64,000 nucleotides of DNA from Clostridia bacterium (GTDB lineage: Bacteria > Bacillota > Clostridia > JAAYHZ01), in contig JBMNIH010000003.1 in assembly GCA_050950825.1 (NCBI GenBank), forward strand, positions 288,001 to 352,000, given 5' to 3'. The notes beneath the pieces were generated by a model, which worked only from the letters and a program-made list of their open reading frames with translations, did not search any database and was not told the origin of the DNA. Shown one piece after another: positions 51,789-63,780 of the stretch. The stretch's first letter is position 1, and each line of letters opens with the position of its first letter. A program made the translations under genes and the position numbers.

Positions 51789-53636
51789 TTATTCTTTCAG
51801 TTTAAACTTCAATCCCGGATCGTAATCTTTGAATTCAGGATTGTTATAGTACTTGTCGATCATCGTTTGCAATCCGTTTGCATAGAGTTGATCGATGTAC
51901 TGTTGCCATTCCTGACTGAAGTTGGAGATTTCGCCTGCCAATGCACGGTTTTTGAAGTCGTTGATGATCGGATTCAACTGGGCATCGATTTCCGCCTTAT
52001 CTTTTACGTATTCTGCATAGAGTTCTCTTCCCATGTAGGCTTCAGCCGTATATTTGAGAGGATTCAACGCATACTTTTCAAACAGACCGTTTGCATGCAT
52101 GTAAGCCATGTAAGACCAGTAGCCGTTTTTAACAGCGTTGTCGATTTGGAATTGAACGGTGGAAGGATAGTTCCACAATCCGAATACGTTCAATTGACCT
52201 CTGTATTCTTCGGGAAGCTCGGCGGTAGGAGTAGCCAATCTTGTGCTGATATAAGGTTCTCCTGCCCATTTCCAATGGATACCTTCGATACCTTCTTTGT
52301 AGCGAATCCAGTTATCCAAGCTGCTGAATGTGGTGTACTGCAGGATTCTGCAGATTCTTTCCAACTTCGCATCGTCAACCTGAGCACCGATCATTTGTAC
52401 TCTGTATAATCCCGTTCCGTAGGGGTCAATGTTGTAGGTCATGTCAACCAATTTGCCTTCCGGACCTCTGAACATCGGACCAATGACAAAGCGTGCATCT
52501 TCGTCGACAGTCAACAAGATGTTCTGCGGAGGATATACTCTGTAGGTGTCGCTGTTCAAGGACAAGTATCCGCCGCCGTTAACACCGTAGATACCGTATT
52601 TGTTCGTAGCAGACATCGCTTGGTATTCGGCTACCCAGCCTTCAACGCCCGGTCTCGGAACCATGTAACCCTTTGTTAAGTTTTCGGATACCCATGCCAA
52701 ATAATCTCTGTAAGGAGTATAAGCATACTTCGGTACGATATCTCCCGTATTGGGATCTTTGTATAAGTAGTTCAAGTCATGAACAAATCCGAACAAACCT
52801 TCTTGGGTCATATTGGTCCAAGCGGATTCGATCAAGTACAGCATACCGTACGTATCGTCGATACCGTTTCCGTCGGGGTCATCTTCCGTGAATTTTCTCA
52901 ACATGTCATTCATTTCTTCAAATGTGAAGTTTCCTTCGGTGAAGAAAATGTTGTCGTTGAATTTTTCATAGCCTTCTACAACCATCTTAACCGGTACCAA
53001 TTGATCTTCATCAAATCCGTAACCGATATTTTCGAGCCAGTCCAAATTGATGCAGGTTGCATCGTAGAAGTATTGGCATCCGCCTAAGTTGTTGTGGGTA
53101 AAGCCAATGTACTCGTCGGTTTTACCGGGAACCAAATTGTATGAGAACCCTACGGGGATTTTTTCCATAGCTTCAACATAGCCGGGAACCCAATCCTTCA
53201 TTTGCTGGAGGGTAATGGAACGGGTAATTCCTTCTTCGAATAAGCCGTACGGATCTCGGGGAGCTCCGGGAGCAAAGAAGTAGTCGGGAATATCGCCGGC
53301 TGCTATTAATGCTGCCATTCTTTCGGTATTTCTTCCGTCTTCAGGCCATACTTGGAGGTCGACATTGAACATTTCTTCCAGTTCAAGTTCATCCCATCTG
53401 CCGTCTCTCCAGTCGGCATTCAGCTGGGTCAACCAAGTAATTTCGAAGAACTCTTCGAACGGATTTTCTTCTACTTCAGCCGTAGTAGTTCCGGCAGTGG
53501 TGTTTCCTGCCCCTTTTGTAGTTCCTGTTGTCACTTTTGTAGTTTCACTACCTTTTGGCTCTTGTTCGCTTTTGGTACATGCCACAAAAGAGAAAACCAA
53601 AGCCAAAACCAATAGCAAGGTTAAAACTCTTTTCAT
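51789..53636 (-). CDS. Solute-binding lipoprotein, subfamily B paralogue 3
   Basis: MKRVL..FVAC lipobox, Thr-rich linker, highly similar to 40553-42349; AAGGAGG RBS. Confidence 0.8.
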   Translation of the reverse strand: MKRVLTLLLVLALVFSFVACTKSEQEPKGSETTKVTTGTTKGAGNTTAGTTTAEVEENPFEEFFEITWLTQLNADWRDGRWDELELEEMFNVDLQVWPEDGRNTERMAALIAAGDIPDYFFAPGAPRDPYGLFEEGITRSITLQQMKDWVPGYVEAMEKIPVGFSYNLVPGKTDEYIGFTHNNLGGCQYFYDATCINLDWLENIGYGFDEDQLVPVKMVVEGYEKFNDNIFFTEGNFTFEEMNDMLRKFTEDDPDGNGIDDTYGMLYLIESAWTNMTQEGLFGFVHDLNYLYKDPNTGDIVPKYAYTPYRDYLAWVSENLTKGYMVPRPGVEGWVAEYQAMSATNKYGIYGVNGGGYLSLNSDTYRVYPPQNILLTVDEDARFVIGPMFRGPEGKLVDMTYNIDPYGTGLYRVQMIGAQVDDAKLERICRILQYTTFSSLDNWIRYKEGIEGIHWKWAGEPYISTRLATPTAELPEEYRGQLNVFGLWNYPSTVQFQIDNAVKNGYWSYMAYMHANGLFEKYALNPLKYTAEAYMGRELYAEYVKDKAEIDAQLNPIINDFKNRALAGEISNFSQEWQQYIDQLYANGLQTMIDKYYNNPEFKDYDPGLKFKLKE

Positions 53637-53791
53637 GTAAAGCCTCCTTATAAAAACTAATGCATACAGTTTACTATAATATGCATATATTTGTCCATAT
53701 ACGGAGCAAATATTTTTTGTCGGAGGCGAATTTTTGGGCTTTTTCCCCATTAATTATAGTTATATTTACTTATATTTCCATTTTTACTATG

Positions 53792-54061
53792 TCAAATTAT
53801 AGTATTCTTTTGTATATCCTTACTTATCTCCATAATGTATGCAAACAACTTTGCAATAAGCTCTTTCATGTCGGGATCGTCAACATACCCTTTTACTTTG
53901 TGAATAACCTCCGCTTCTCGACCGGAATCCAAAACCGGAATATGATTCTCCTTCTTGTATCGGGCGATATTTTTAACGACCTCCATTCGCTCGAGAAACA
54001 GGCGTACCAGCTCTCTATCCAAAGAATCGATCTTTTCTCTATAGGATTTTAATTCGTCCAC
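53792..54061 (-). CDS. Chorismate mutase (AroQ class)
   Basis: REKIDSLDRELVRLFLERM..YKK..PVLDSGREAEV. Confidence 0.9.
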   Translation of the reverse strand: MDELKSYREKIDSLDRELVRLFLERMEVVKNIARYKKENHIPVLDSGREAEVIHKVKGYVDDPDMKELIAKLFAYIMEISKDIQKNTII

Positions 54062-54128
54062 GGTACATCCCTCCTTTTTGAATATGATTTTACGATTATT
54101 ATAACAAAGGAAAGCTCTTTAAGCATGC

Positions 54129-54158
54129 AAAAAACCCGGAATACAAATTCCGGGTTTT
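54129..54158 (-). terminator. Terminator after rplL
   Basis: AAAACCCGGAAT...ATTCCGGGTTTT. Confidence 0.8.
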
Positions 54159-54187
54159 CAATAATCCGTTTTCTAAAGCCGGTAATC

Positions 54188-54571
54188 TTATTTAATTTCG
54201 ATTGTTGCTCCGACTTCTTTGAATTTAGCTTGGATATCTTCCGCTTCTTGCTTGGAAACGGCTTCCTTAACGGTTCCGGGAGCTCCGTCAACGAGAGCTT
54301 TCGCTTCTTTCAAGCCAAGGCCGGTTACTTCTCTGACAACCTTGATAACCTTAATCTTGTCTGCGCCGACTTCCTTCAAGATAACGTCGAATTCGGTCTT
54401 TTCTTCCACTTCTTCAGCGGCTGCAGCAGCGGCTGCGGGAGCAGCGGCTACGGCTACGGGAGCAGCAGCGGATACGCCAAATTCTTCTTCCAAAGCTTTA
54501 ACCAATTCAGCCAATTCCAATACTGTCAGCTGTTTTAATTCATTGATAATTGCAGTTACTTTTTCACTCAT
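54188..54571 (-). CDS. rplL: 50S ribosomal protein L7/L12
   Basis: [34 protein letters not shown]. Confidence 0.98.
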   Translation of the reverse strand: MSEKVTAIINELKQLTVLELAELVKALEEEFGVSAAAPVAVAAAPAAAAAAAEEVEEKTEFDVILKEVGADKIKVIKVVREVTGLGLKEAKALVDGAPGTVKEAVSKQEAEDIQAKFKEVGATIEIK

Positions 54572-54663
54572 TTTATATAACCCTCCGTATGGTTCTTTCA
54601 TATTTCATTGTCCGGTTTTACCGGTTTTCATTTATTGAAAATTTCGTTTTTAAAGTTTTATTG

Positions 54664-55200
54664 TTAAGCTTGTGCCTCTTGACGCTTTTCTAAAATAGCG
54701 TTTAAAGCCACAACAAGTCCTCTTAAGTTACCGTTGAGAACGTTAACCAATCCGTACAGCGGTGCACTGAATCCGCCTACAACCTTCGCGATCAATTCTT
54801 CCTTCGAAGGAAGCGTAGCTAATCTTTCCACATGGCTGACATCAATTTTGCTGCCTTCCAATATGCCGGATTTGATCTTAATCTTATCTATTTCCTTTTG
54901 GTATTTGAACATGAGCTTCGAAGGAGCTACCGGATCCTCGCTAAATGCAATGGCGTTCGGACCTTTCAAGTCTTCTTCAAAACCTTTAAACCCCAGCTGC
55001 TCGAATGCATGAGCCAATATGGCGTTTTTAACCACCTTGTAATGTACACCGGCTTCACGCAATTCTTTTCTCATCTTTGTATCCTTATCAACGGTGATAC
55101 CTTGATACTCGGAAATCACGACGCTTTTGGAGTTTTTCAGTAATTCTACCAGTTCACTGACTTCCTGCTTTTTTTGTTCTAATATTTTCTCACTTGCCAA
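54664..55200 (-). CDS. rplJ: 50S ribosomal protein L10
   Basis: YQGITV, YKVVKN, LATLPSKEEL; TTG start after AAGGAGGTG. Confidence 0.97.
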   Translation of the reverse strand: MASEKILEQKKQEVSELVELLKNSKSVVISEYQGITVDKDTKMRKELREAGVHYKVVKNAILAHAFEQLGFKGFEEDLKGPNAIAFSEDPVAPSKLMFKYQKEIDKIKIKSGILEGSKIDVSHVERLATLPSKEELIAKVVGGFSAPLYGLVNVLNGNLRGLVVALNAILEKRQEAQA

Positions 55201-55230
55201 ATATAACACCTCCTTCCGGGAGTATCGGAT

Positions 55231-55376
55231 ATAAAATAAACCTCGTACATATAGACATACGAGGCTTTAAGAATAATCAATGATTATAATCCATTCTATT
55301 CTTCATGTTTCATTAAAACATTACCTCGGTAGGATGGCTTTTTAAGCTCTTACGAGCTCCTACTGTCTATAGTAAC
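55231..55376 (-). promoter_or_regulatory. L10 leader (ribosomal protein leader/attenuator)
   Basis: TAGACAGTAGG...TTAA...CCTACCGAGG core followed by a CCTCGTA..TACGAGG-T terminator; TTGCTT-N17-TATAAT promoter at 55384-55412. Confidence 0.85.
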
Positions 55377-55429
55377 GTGTGCCATTATACATCAGTTGTT
55401 TTCAAAAAGCAATCGATTTTTTAAAATTT

Positions 55430-56125
55430 CTATTCAACCAGTGTGTTGGTATTTAACTTAACACCGGGGCTCATTGAAGTAGCCAATACGACACTTCTCA
55501 AATACTTACCTTTTGCTGCAGCCGGTTTTGCTTTAACAACGGCATCGATCAAGGTCTTTAAGTTTTCAATCAGCTTTTCCTTTTCGAAGGACTTCTTGCC
55601 GATGATGCAGTGGATAATGTTGTTCTTGTCCAAACGATATTCCACTTTACCTGCTTTAACTTCTTCGACGGCTTTGCCGATATCCATAGTAACCGTACCG
55701 GCCTTCGGGTTGGGCATCAAACCCTTCGGTCCTAAGATTCTTCCCAAACGACCGACAACCTTCATCATATCCGGCGTAGCAACCACTACGTCAAATTCGA
55801 ACCAGTTTTCTTTTTGGATTTTTTCCGCCAAGTCGTCATCGCCTACATAATCCGCTCCGGCATTTTGAGCTTCCGTTGCTTTTTCGCCTTTGGCAAATAC
55901 CAAAACTCTCGGTTGTTTACCTGTTCCATGGGGCAGAACAACGGCACCACGAACCTGCTGGTCGGCATGTCTCGAGTCGACGCCTAAACGTATATGCAAT
56001 TCCACGCTTTCATCAAACTTCGTAGCGGGCAAGCTTTTGATAATATCGAAAGCTTCGTTCATTTCATAAAGCTTTGTTTTGTCAAAACTATTTAACGCCT
56101 GAATATATCTTTTACTTCTCTTCAT
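55430..56125 (-). CDS. rplA: 50S ribosomal protein L1
   Basis: [31 protein letters not shown]. Confidence 0.98.
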   Translation of the reverse strand: MKRSKRYIQALNSFDKTKLYEMNEAFDIIKSLPATKFDESVELHIRLGVDSRHADQQVRGAVVLPHGTGKQPRVLVFAKGEKATEAQNAGADYVGDDDLAEKIQKENWFEFDVVVATPDMMKVVGRLGRILGPKGLMPNPKAGTVTMDIGKAVEEVKAGKVEYRLDKNNIIHCIIGKKSFEKEKLIENLKTLIDAVVKAKPAAAKGKYLRSVVLATSMSPGVKLNTNTLVE

Positions 56126-56141
56126 ATAACTTCACTCCTTT

Positions 56142-56169
56142 GTGGTATTATTCGGGAAACCCCTCCCAC
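56142..56169 (-). promoter_or_regulatory. Putative L1-binding mRNA site in the rplK-rplA spacer
   Basis: GTGGGAG...TACCAC stem with internal loop just before the rplA RBS. Confidence 0.6.
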
Positions 56170-56182
56170 TGTTGAAAACAAG

Positions 56183-56608
56183 TTAGTCTTCTACAACAAC
56201 GCCCATGCTGCGAGCCGTTCCGGCTATCATAGACATTGCCGCTTCAATACTAGCTGCATTCAAATCCGGCATCTTCTTTTCTGCAATTTCACGCAGTTGC
56301 GCTTTCGTGAGAGTTGCAACTTTGTTTGATTTCGGTTCGCCTGAACCTTTTTCCAATTTGCACGCTTGTTTAATTAATACAGCCGCCGGCGGAGTTTTCG
56401 TAATAAAAGTAAACGAACGATCCGCATATACCGTAATAACTACAGGTATAATGGTTCCCAAATCGCCACTTGTTCTTGCGTTAAACTCTTTGGTAAATTG
56501 CATGATGTTCACGCCATATTGTCCAAGAGCTGGTCCAACCGGTGGAGCCGGAGTCGCTTTCCCTCCGGGAATCTGGAGCTTAATGTAACCTAAGACTTTT
56601 TTAGCCAT
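56183..56608 (-). CDS. rplK: 50S ribosomal protein L11
   Basis: [25 protein letters not shown]. Confidence 0.98.
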   Translation of the reverse strand: MAKKVLGYIKLQIPGGKATPAPPVGPALGQYGVNIMQFTKEFNARTSGDLGTIIPVVITVYADRSFTFITKTPPAAVLIKQACKLEKGSGEPKSNKVATLTKAQLREIAEKKMPDLNAASIEAAMSMIAGTARSMGVVVED

Positions 56609-56680
56609 GAGTCCACCTCCCAAAAAAATTTTAATTACTTACTTTATATTAACAAATCAAAGGATTTGTCGATACCTACA

Positions 56681-57289
56681 TTACAGAATTTGAACTTGGT
56701 TGTAGTCAAGTTCCACGGGAGTATCTCTTCCAAACATGGAAACCGATACTCTCACCTTCATTCGTTCCGGATTAATTTCCGTCACTACGCCGATAAAGTT
56801 TTCCAAAGGACCGGAAATAACTCTGACATTATCTCCTACTTCAAAGTTCAGAACCGTCTCTACGACTTCAACGCCCATATTGACCATCTCTTCTTCGCTC
56901 AGAGGAACGGGCTTCGAGCCGGGACCTACAAACCCGGTTACACCTCTGGTATTTCGTACTACATACCAGGATTCATCCGTCATTACCATTTTGACAAGCA
57001 CATACCCCGGATAGATCTTTTTAAATGTAATCTTTGTTTTTCCATCCTTCACTTCCTGATGCTTTTCCATCGGAACAACGATATCGACAATGTAGTCCTG
57101 CATGTTTCTGTTTTCTACTATCTTTTCCAGGTTCGCTTTAACTTTATTCTCATACCCTGAATACGTATGAATCACGTACCATTTGGCTTCGTCGGCTAAA
57201 CTCGATTTCTCTTCAGCCGAAAATCCCGCCCGTTCGTCCTTTTCTTCCGGTACGTTAATATTTTCTTCAGGTATATCATCAAAAAACAT
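56681..57289 (-). CDS. nusG: Transcription termination/antitermination factor NusG
   Basis: WYVIHTYSGYENKV, PGYVLV, VTGFVG, KOW domain, MFGRDTPVEL; acidic N-terminal extension. Confidence 0.97.
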   Translation of the reverse strand: MFFDDIPEENINVPEEKDERAGFSAEEKSSLADEAKWYVIHTYSGYENKVKANLEKIVENRNMQDYIVDIVVPMEKHQEVKDGKTKITFKKIYPGYVLVKMVMTDESWYVVRNTRGVTGFVGPGSKPVPLSEEEMVNMGVEVVETVLNFEVGDNVRVISGPLENFIGVVTEINPERMKVRVSVSMFGRDTPVELDYNQVQIL

Positions 57290-57343
57290 GGATTACGGGC
57301 CTCCTTGTGTTTATCATCCGGGTATACACGACTTTAAATGCCA

Positions 57344-57574
57344 TTACCGTAAAAGCGACCATGTTATGACTTTGCTGATCGCCGCATCAAAAATCCAAAT
57401 GACAATCCCGATAACCAGGCATGCCGCAATAACCGTTATGGTATTTTTAACAAGCTTAGGCCATGATAGCCAAGTTACCTTTTTCAGTTCGCTTCGAATA
57501 TCTTTAAAGAACTTCAGACTTGCTTTTTTTCTTGCGGCGCTTTTTTCACTTTTTTTGTTAACCTTATCAGCCAT
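57344..57574 (-). CDS. secE: Preprotein translocase subunit SecE
   Basis: ELKKVTW motif plus one TM helix; canonical position. Confidence 0.93.
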   Translation of the reverse strand: MADKVNKKSEKSAARKKASLKFFKDIRSELKKVTWLSWPKLVKNTITVIAACLVIGIVIWIFDAAISKVITWSLLR

Positions 57575-57636
57575 ATAAAACAACTCCTATCCTGCATTTT
57601 TCCGAAATACCGGATACGATACTCTCCTTTAATGTC

Positions 57637-57786
57637 TTAACGGGTTTCTCTGTGAACGGTATGCTTACGGCAAAATTTGCAGTATTTTTTCAGTTCTATT
57701 CTATCCGGATGTTTCCTCTTATCTTTTTTTGTAATGTAATTTCTTTGTTTGCAGTCCGTGCAAGCTAAAATAATATTCTCTCTCAT
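57637..57786 (-). CDS. rpmG: 50S ribosomal protein L33
   Basis: CTDCKQRNY...[17 protein letters not shown]. Confidence 0.97.
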   Translation of the reverse strand: MRENIILACTDCKQRNYITKKDKRKHPDRIELKKYCKFCRKHTVHRETR

Positions 57787-57923
57787 TAAAGTGACACCTC
57801 CGTACACACTATTATCTCTACACAAAAAAAAAGAGCTTCCGTGTGAGTAGCATCACTACACTACCACACGGAAAGGTATATGTCAATATTTTTTTTTGAA
57901 ACCGTGAAATATTATTGCCAAAA

Positions 57924-58934
57924 TCACTCCCAATCATCTTCGATATCTTCGGTTTCAACGGATGCCGGGTCAAAATTCAACAAGAGATCCACCAATTCGA
58001 ATGCCAATTTGTAATTGCTAGGCTGATGGAATAACGCTAATGTCAAATCCGTACCCATTATGTTGGTGCCGGTAAAAAACTTCGACTCTTCCAACCGAAT
58101 ACCGAATAAATACTCTTCGCCCAAGTTGTTCTTTGCGTATACGAGATAATCGTCGTCTCGTTTTTCCGATTTTTCGGTTTGGCTTTGGGAGGTTTCTTCC
58201 TCTTTTCCGGCAGCCTGATTCAACGTACTGTCCAATTTTAAATTTCCCGATCTTGGCGTTGCATCGGATACGTGAATCCGGCCTTCCTCATCCTTTTCTA
58301 CATCCAAGGGCATAAACATTCCCTGAGAAGCCAGATAAGTGAAGGTTTTTCCGTCGCATACGATAACGTCCAAATTCCCCGATGCGATTAATGACATCAG
58401 CTTCATGCGAGCATCCGCAACGAATTGGGCGTCCAATACGGTTTCGCTTTCCAGCATCAGTTGCTCCACGTTAGGCGCTTTTGCATTGGTCAAATGCTCG
58501 TACACATCGTCGTAAACTTCGTTGATGTCCCTTACGTATAAATCGCCGATAAAATGGAGGTTGACATCGTTGGGTACGGTTTGAATGGAATTGATAACAA
58601 GTACCACCAACGCAAACGTCGTCGCGATTAGGACCAGCACAGGAACTTTGTAGTGATACCAGAAGTTTTTAAACTTCCCGGCACCGCTTTTGGCATACTT
58701 CTCTTCTTCTTCGTCCACCACGTAATAACCCATTATACGGTTGTAGGCGTCATCAAGCTCATCGATTTTTTCTTGATTGCCTCGATATTTTTTCAGCAAT
58801 ACCGTATATGTTTTCTTTACGGTTTCTTCATCGGCGCCTTCTTCTATCCCCAGTATCTCATAAGACTTACGGAGCAACTCCTTTTCTCGCTCTTGCTCCT
58901 GCCGTTTAAGGCCTTTGCTCTTATTTTCCTGCAT
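57924..58934 (-). CDS. Membrane protein with N-terminal J-domain-like region and extracellular SBP-like domain
   Basis: SYEILGI..ADEETVKKTY..L.KKY (no HPD), NFWYHYK, TM helix, IASGNLDVI. Confidence 0.55.
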   Translation of the reverse strand: MQENKSKGLKRQEQEREKELLRKSYEILGIEEGADEETVKKTYTVLLKKYRGNQEKIDELDDAYNRIMGYYVVDEEEEKYAKSGAGKFKNFWYHYKVPVLVLIATTFALVVLVINSIQTVPNDVNLHFIGDLYVRDINEVYDDVYEHLTNAKAPNVEQLMLESETVLDAQFVADARMKLMSLIASGNLDVIVCDGKTFTYLASQGMFMPLDVEKDEEGRIHVSDATPRSGNLKLDSTLNQAAGKEEETSQSQTEKSEKRDDDYLVYAKNNLGEEYLFGIRLEESKFFTGTNIMGTDLTLALFHQPSNYKLAFELVDLLLNFDPASVETEDIEDDWE

Positions 58935-58975
58935 CCTATCACCCTCCTATCCTCTTTTATTATACTACATCCGCT

Positions 58976-60481
58976 TTACATGTCTTTTAACCTCATGGTG
59001 GGAAATAGTATGACATCGCGGATGGAATAGGAATCGGTCAAAAGCATAACCAAACGGTCGATACCGATCCCAAGTCCTCCGGTCGGCGGCAGGCCGTATT
59101 CCATGGCCAGCAAGTAATCCTTGTCCTCCATGTTGGCTTCCTCGTCACCGGCTTGTCGTTTTCTCATCTGGTCGTCAAAACGCTCTTTTTGATCAATGGG
59201 ATCGTTCAGCTCGCTGTACGCATTGCCGTACTCTCTTCCGCATATAAAAATTTCAAATCGTTCCGTTAATCCCGGTCTTGAATATTTCTTTTTCGTTAAA
59301 GGAGAAATCTCAATGGGATAATCGTAGATGAAGGTAGGTTGTATCAAATGATGCTCTACCAGCTCTTCGAAGGCCAAAGCCAACGCTTCTCCCCAACCGA
59401 TATTCCCTTCGGTTTCGATTCCTTTGTCCTTTAACGCCGCCTTAATCTCTTCGGGATCACTCAATTTGTCGAAGTCAATACCGCCGTATTCTTTCACCGC
59501 ATCCAACATGGTCAATCTGCGCCAAGGCGGCGTCAAATCCACGGACACGCCTTGGTAGGTGATTTGGCATGTACCGAGAACCTTTTGGGCTACGGTGGAT
59601 ACCATATCTTCCGTCAATTTCATCATATCATGATAATCGGCGTAGGCTTGGTACAGCTCCATCATGGTGAATTCCGGATTGTGCTTTACCGATATCCCTT
59701 CGTTTCGGAACATTCTCCCGATTTCATAGACCCGTTCCATGCCGCCGATAATCAATCGTTTTAAATACAATTCGGGAGCGATACGCAGATACAAGTCCAT
59801 ATCCAAAGCATTATGATGGGTTATAAACGGTCTTGCCGCCGCTCCTCCCGGAATCGGGTTCAAAATGGGCGTTTCCACTTCCAAGAACTCTCTATCATCC
59901 AAAAATCTTCGGATTTCTTTAATTATTCTGCTGCGGGTAACAAAAATATTTTTCACTTCGGGGTTCACCAGCAAATCCAAATAACGCTGGCGATAACGCA
60001 AATCCGTATCCTTTAAACCGTGCCATTTTTCCGGTAAGGGCTGCAAGCTTTTCGACAGCATGACAATGTCGCTGACCTTAATGGAGATTTCACCCTTTTG
60101 GGTCTTGAACACTTCCCCTTTGACACCGACGATGTCGCCGATATCGTATTTTTTAAATTCCGCATACTTTTCTTCTCCCACATCGTTCATGCGGATATAC
60201 AGCTGGATTTTGCCGTAGCGGTCGTGCAAATCGCAAAAGGAAACCTTCCCCATTCCTCTTTTCGACATCAGCCTTCCGGCGACGGATACCGTTTGTCCTT
60301 CTCTTGTTTCAAACTCTTCTATAATCTCGCTGCTTTTTGCCGTTACTTCATATTTGACTTGTTCAAAGGGGTCTTTTCCCGTCCTTTGCAATTCCAAAAG
60401 CTTTTCTCTTCGCACTCTTAGTATTTCATTTAAATCTTCTTGCTGAATGTTATTCTCTCGAATTTCGTTATTCTCGGTCAT
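58976..60481 (-). CDS. lysS: Lysine--tRNA ligase (class II)
   Basis: [37 protein letters not shown]. Confidence 0.98.
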   Translation of the reverse strand: MTENNEIRENNIQQEDLNEILRVRREKLLELQRTGKDPFEQVKYEVTAKSSEIIEEFETREGQTVSVAGRLMSKRGMGKVSFCDLHDRYGKIQLYIRMNDVGEEKYAEFKKYDIGDIVGVKGEVFKTQKGEISIKVSDIVMLSKSLQPLPEKWHGLKDTDLRYRQRYLDLLVNPEVKNIFVTRSRIIKEIRRFLDDREFLEVETPILNPIPGGAAARPFITHHNALDMDLYLRIAPELYLKRLIIGGMERVYEIGRMFRNEGISVKHNPEFTMMELYQAYADYHDMMKLTEDMVSTVAQKVLGTCQITYQGVSVDLTPPWRRLTMLDAVKEYGGIDFDKLSDPEEIKAALKDKGIETEGNIGWGEALALAFEELVEHHLIQPTFIYDYPIEISPLTKKKYSRPGLTERFEIFICGREYGNAYSELNDPIDQKERFDDQMRKRQAGDEEANMEDKDYLLAMEYGLPPTGGLGIGIDRLVMLLTDSYSIRDVILFPTMRLKDM

Positions 60482-60554
60482 TCCATACTCCTCCGATAAA
60501 CTTTTCCTATTTTATCATTATACCATCATCTTGGGACGTCTAAAAGGTTCGGTC

Positions 60555-60585
60555 AAAAAAAAAGAAGGCAAGCCTTCTTCTTTTT
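60555..60585 (-). terminator. Terminator after greA
   Basis: AAGAAGGC-AA-GCCTTCTT with a long T tract on the minus strand. Confidence 0.75.
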
Positions 60586-60589
60586 CAGG

Positions 60590-61066
60590 TTACTTGCCGA
60601 TACCCAGAATCTTGAATTTGACAATTCCGCCGGGAGTCATGACTTCCACCGTTTCGCCCACCTTTTTGCCCATAAGCGCTTTTCCGACAGGCGATTCGTT
60701 GGATATACGATTCTTTGACGGATTAGCTTCGGTGGAACCGACGATCCTGTATTCCACTTCTTCGTCAAATTCCAAATCAAGGAGCTTGACGATGCTTCCA
60801 ATGCTGACCGCATCGGTGGTAATGTCTTCATCAACGATTATTTGTGAGTATCTTAATGTATCTTCAATCTCCGCAATTTTTGCTTCGACCAAGGCTTGCT
60901 CGTTTTTAGCTTCGTCGTATTCGGAGTTTTCCGAAATATCTCCGAAAGACAGTGCATGTTTTATTCTCGCGGCTACCTCCCGGCGTTTTGTACTTTTCAG
61001 GTATTCCAATTCTTCTTCCAATTGACGCAACCCTTCAGGAGTTAGATATACTTCTTTTTTTAGCAT
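60590..61066 (-). CDS. greA: Transcription elongation factor GreA
   Basis: [24 protein letters not shown]. Confidence 0.97.
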   Translation of the reverse strand: MLKKEVYLTPEGLRQLEEELEYLKSTKRREVAARIKHALSFGDISENSEYDEAKNEQALVEAKIAEIEDTLRYSQIIVDEDITTDAVSIGSIVKLLDLEFDEEVEYRIVGSTEANPSKNRISNESPVGKALMGKKVGETVEVMTPGGIVKFKILGIGK

Positions 61067-61282
61067 GTTTATTTCACCCTTCTTTTAATCAATCAAATAA
61101 AAACCCGTTTACCGGGTTTCCTTCAAAACAACAGGCACATTCATTATAGAAACGCATGAGCAGTTTGTCAATATCTTTCCTAGTAATGCTTGTTGTTTCA
61201 GCCGGATTTTACCGGACCTCGAACCGGTTTCAATTTCTATATATATATTCACTTAATCGACAATTATACAGTCAATAAGACT

Positions 61283-62779
<1,497 letters not shown>

Positions 62780-62981
62780 TCAAAGGATGTAAGAGTTTCA
62801 AAAAGCTTCAATTTTTTATGTTTCGGGTCCTTACCGCTTTTAATTTAATAAAGTATTATATCCTAAGGTTTTTTATAAATCAATGATTTCATAGAATTTG
62901 TTTTATTCCAAAAAGGTATAAATTTTAAAATAAAAAAAACAGACCCTCCTAAAGGAAAGTCTGTTCATTCTATGGTAAAAA

Positions 62982-63632
62982 TTACTGCAGCTTCATACGC
63001 TTTTTAATGCTTTGAAAAAATTCTACGATTTTAAAACGAATGGTCGGTTCCCCGGTAGAATCCAAAAAGACAACCTTCGCATTTTCATCCGATAAGGACT
63101 GTACAAACAATTCCATCCGATCTTTTTCAAAAATTCCTAAAGTCCCTTCCGAAAAGCACAATGGAGGATACAGCACGCACCACCAATTTTCGCCGCAGGA
63201 TTGTCCGATCTCCACCCTTAAGGCCGAGTACTGACCGGAAGGCAGCACGAAATTCTCGTATTGCTTCATGGGAAAATAGTAAACACCGTAAGAAGCCCGG
63301 GTCATATATTCGTATCCGCAGTCATAAACCGTTTCTTGTGCAATTCGGTTTATTTCATCCAAATGGCTTTGTATAAATTCCTTCGCTTTACCTAAATCCT
63401 GCTCTTCCAGCGGATAACCTTCCGTATATTGCTTTAAGTAAGTTAAAATACTGTCTCGAACCTTCAATTTCAAAAATTGATCCTTAGGGTCGTTGCTGTT
63501 GGCAATGACATGAAGCCGAACTATGTTTTCCGAAAGGGCTTGAACCACATGCTTAGAATATATGTCTAAAGCCGTTACAAGTAAGCAGACCGTCAACAAA
63601 ATAATGGCAAATACATAAACCGTTTTATTCAT
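62982..63632 (-). CDS. spoIIR: Stage II sporulation protein R
   Basis: RLHVIANS, QFLKLKVRD, FPMKQY, GENWWCVLYPPLC. Confidence 0.93.
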   Translation of the reverse strand: MNKTVYVFAIILLTVCLLVTALDIYSKHVVQALSENIVRLHVIANSNDPKDQFLKLKVRDSILTYLKQYTEGYPLEEQDLGKAKEFIQSHLDEINRIAQETVYDCGYEYMTRASYGVYYFPMKQYENFVLPSGQYSALRVEIGQSCGENWWCVLYPPLCFSEGTLGIFEKDRMELFVQSLSDENAKVVFLDSTGEPTIRFKIVEFFQSIKKRMKLQ

Positions 63633-63731
63633 CCTATTTACCCCTGTTTCATGAATTTCTCAATGTGTATTCTTTCCAAAATCCGCCGGCATATTCACAA
63701 AACGGGAAATAGGTTTTTGCCTTTTTACGAT

Positions 63732-63764
63732 AAAAAAGCCCTCGATGCTTTAATCGAAGGCTTT
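63732..63764 (-). terminator. Terminator after pyrG
   Basis: AAAGCCCTCGAT...ATCGAAGGCTTT. Confidence 0.65.
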
Positions 63765-63780
63765 AAGGATCTATTAAAAT

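Noticed and set aside
57790-57920. tRNA gene expected near rpmG/secE
   Set aside because: No cloverleaf or TTCGA T-loop is visible; only a promoter-like sequence and short stems.
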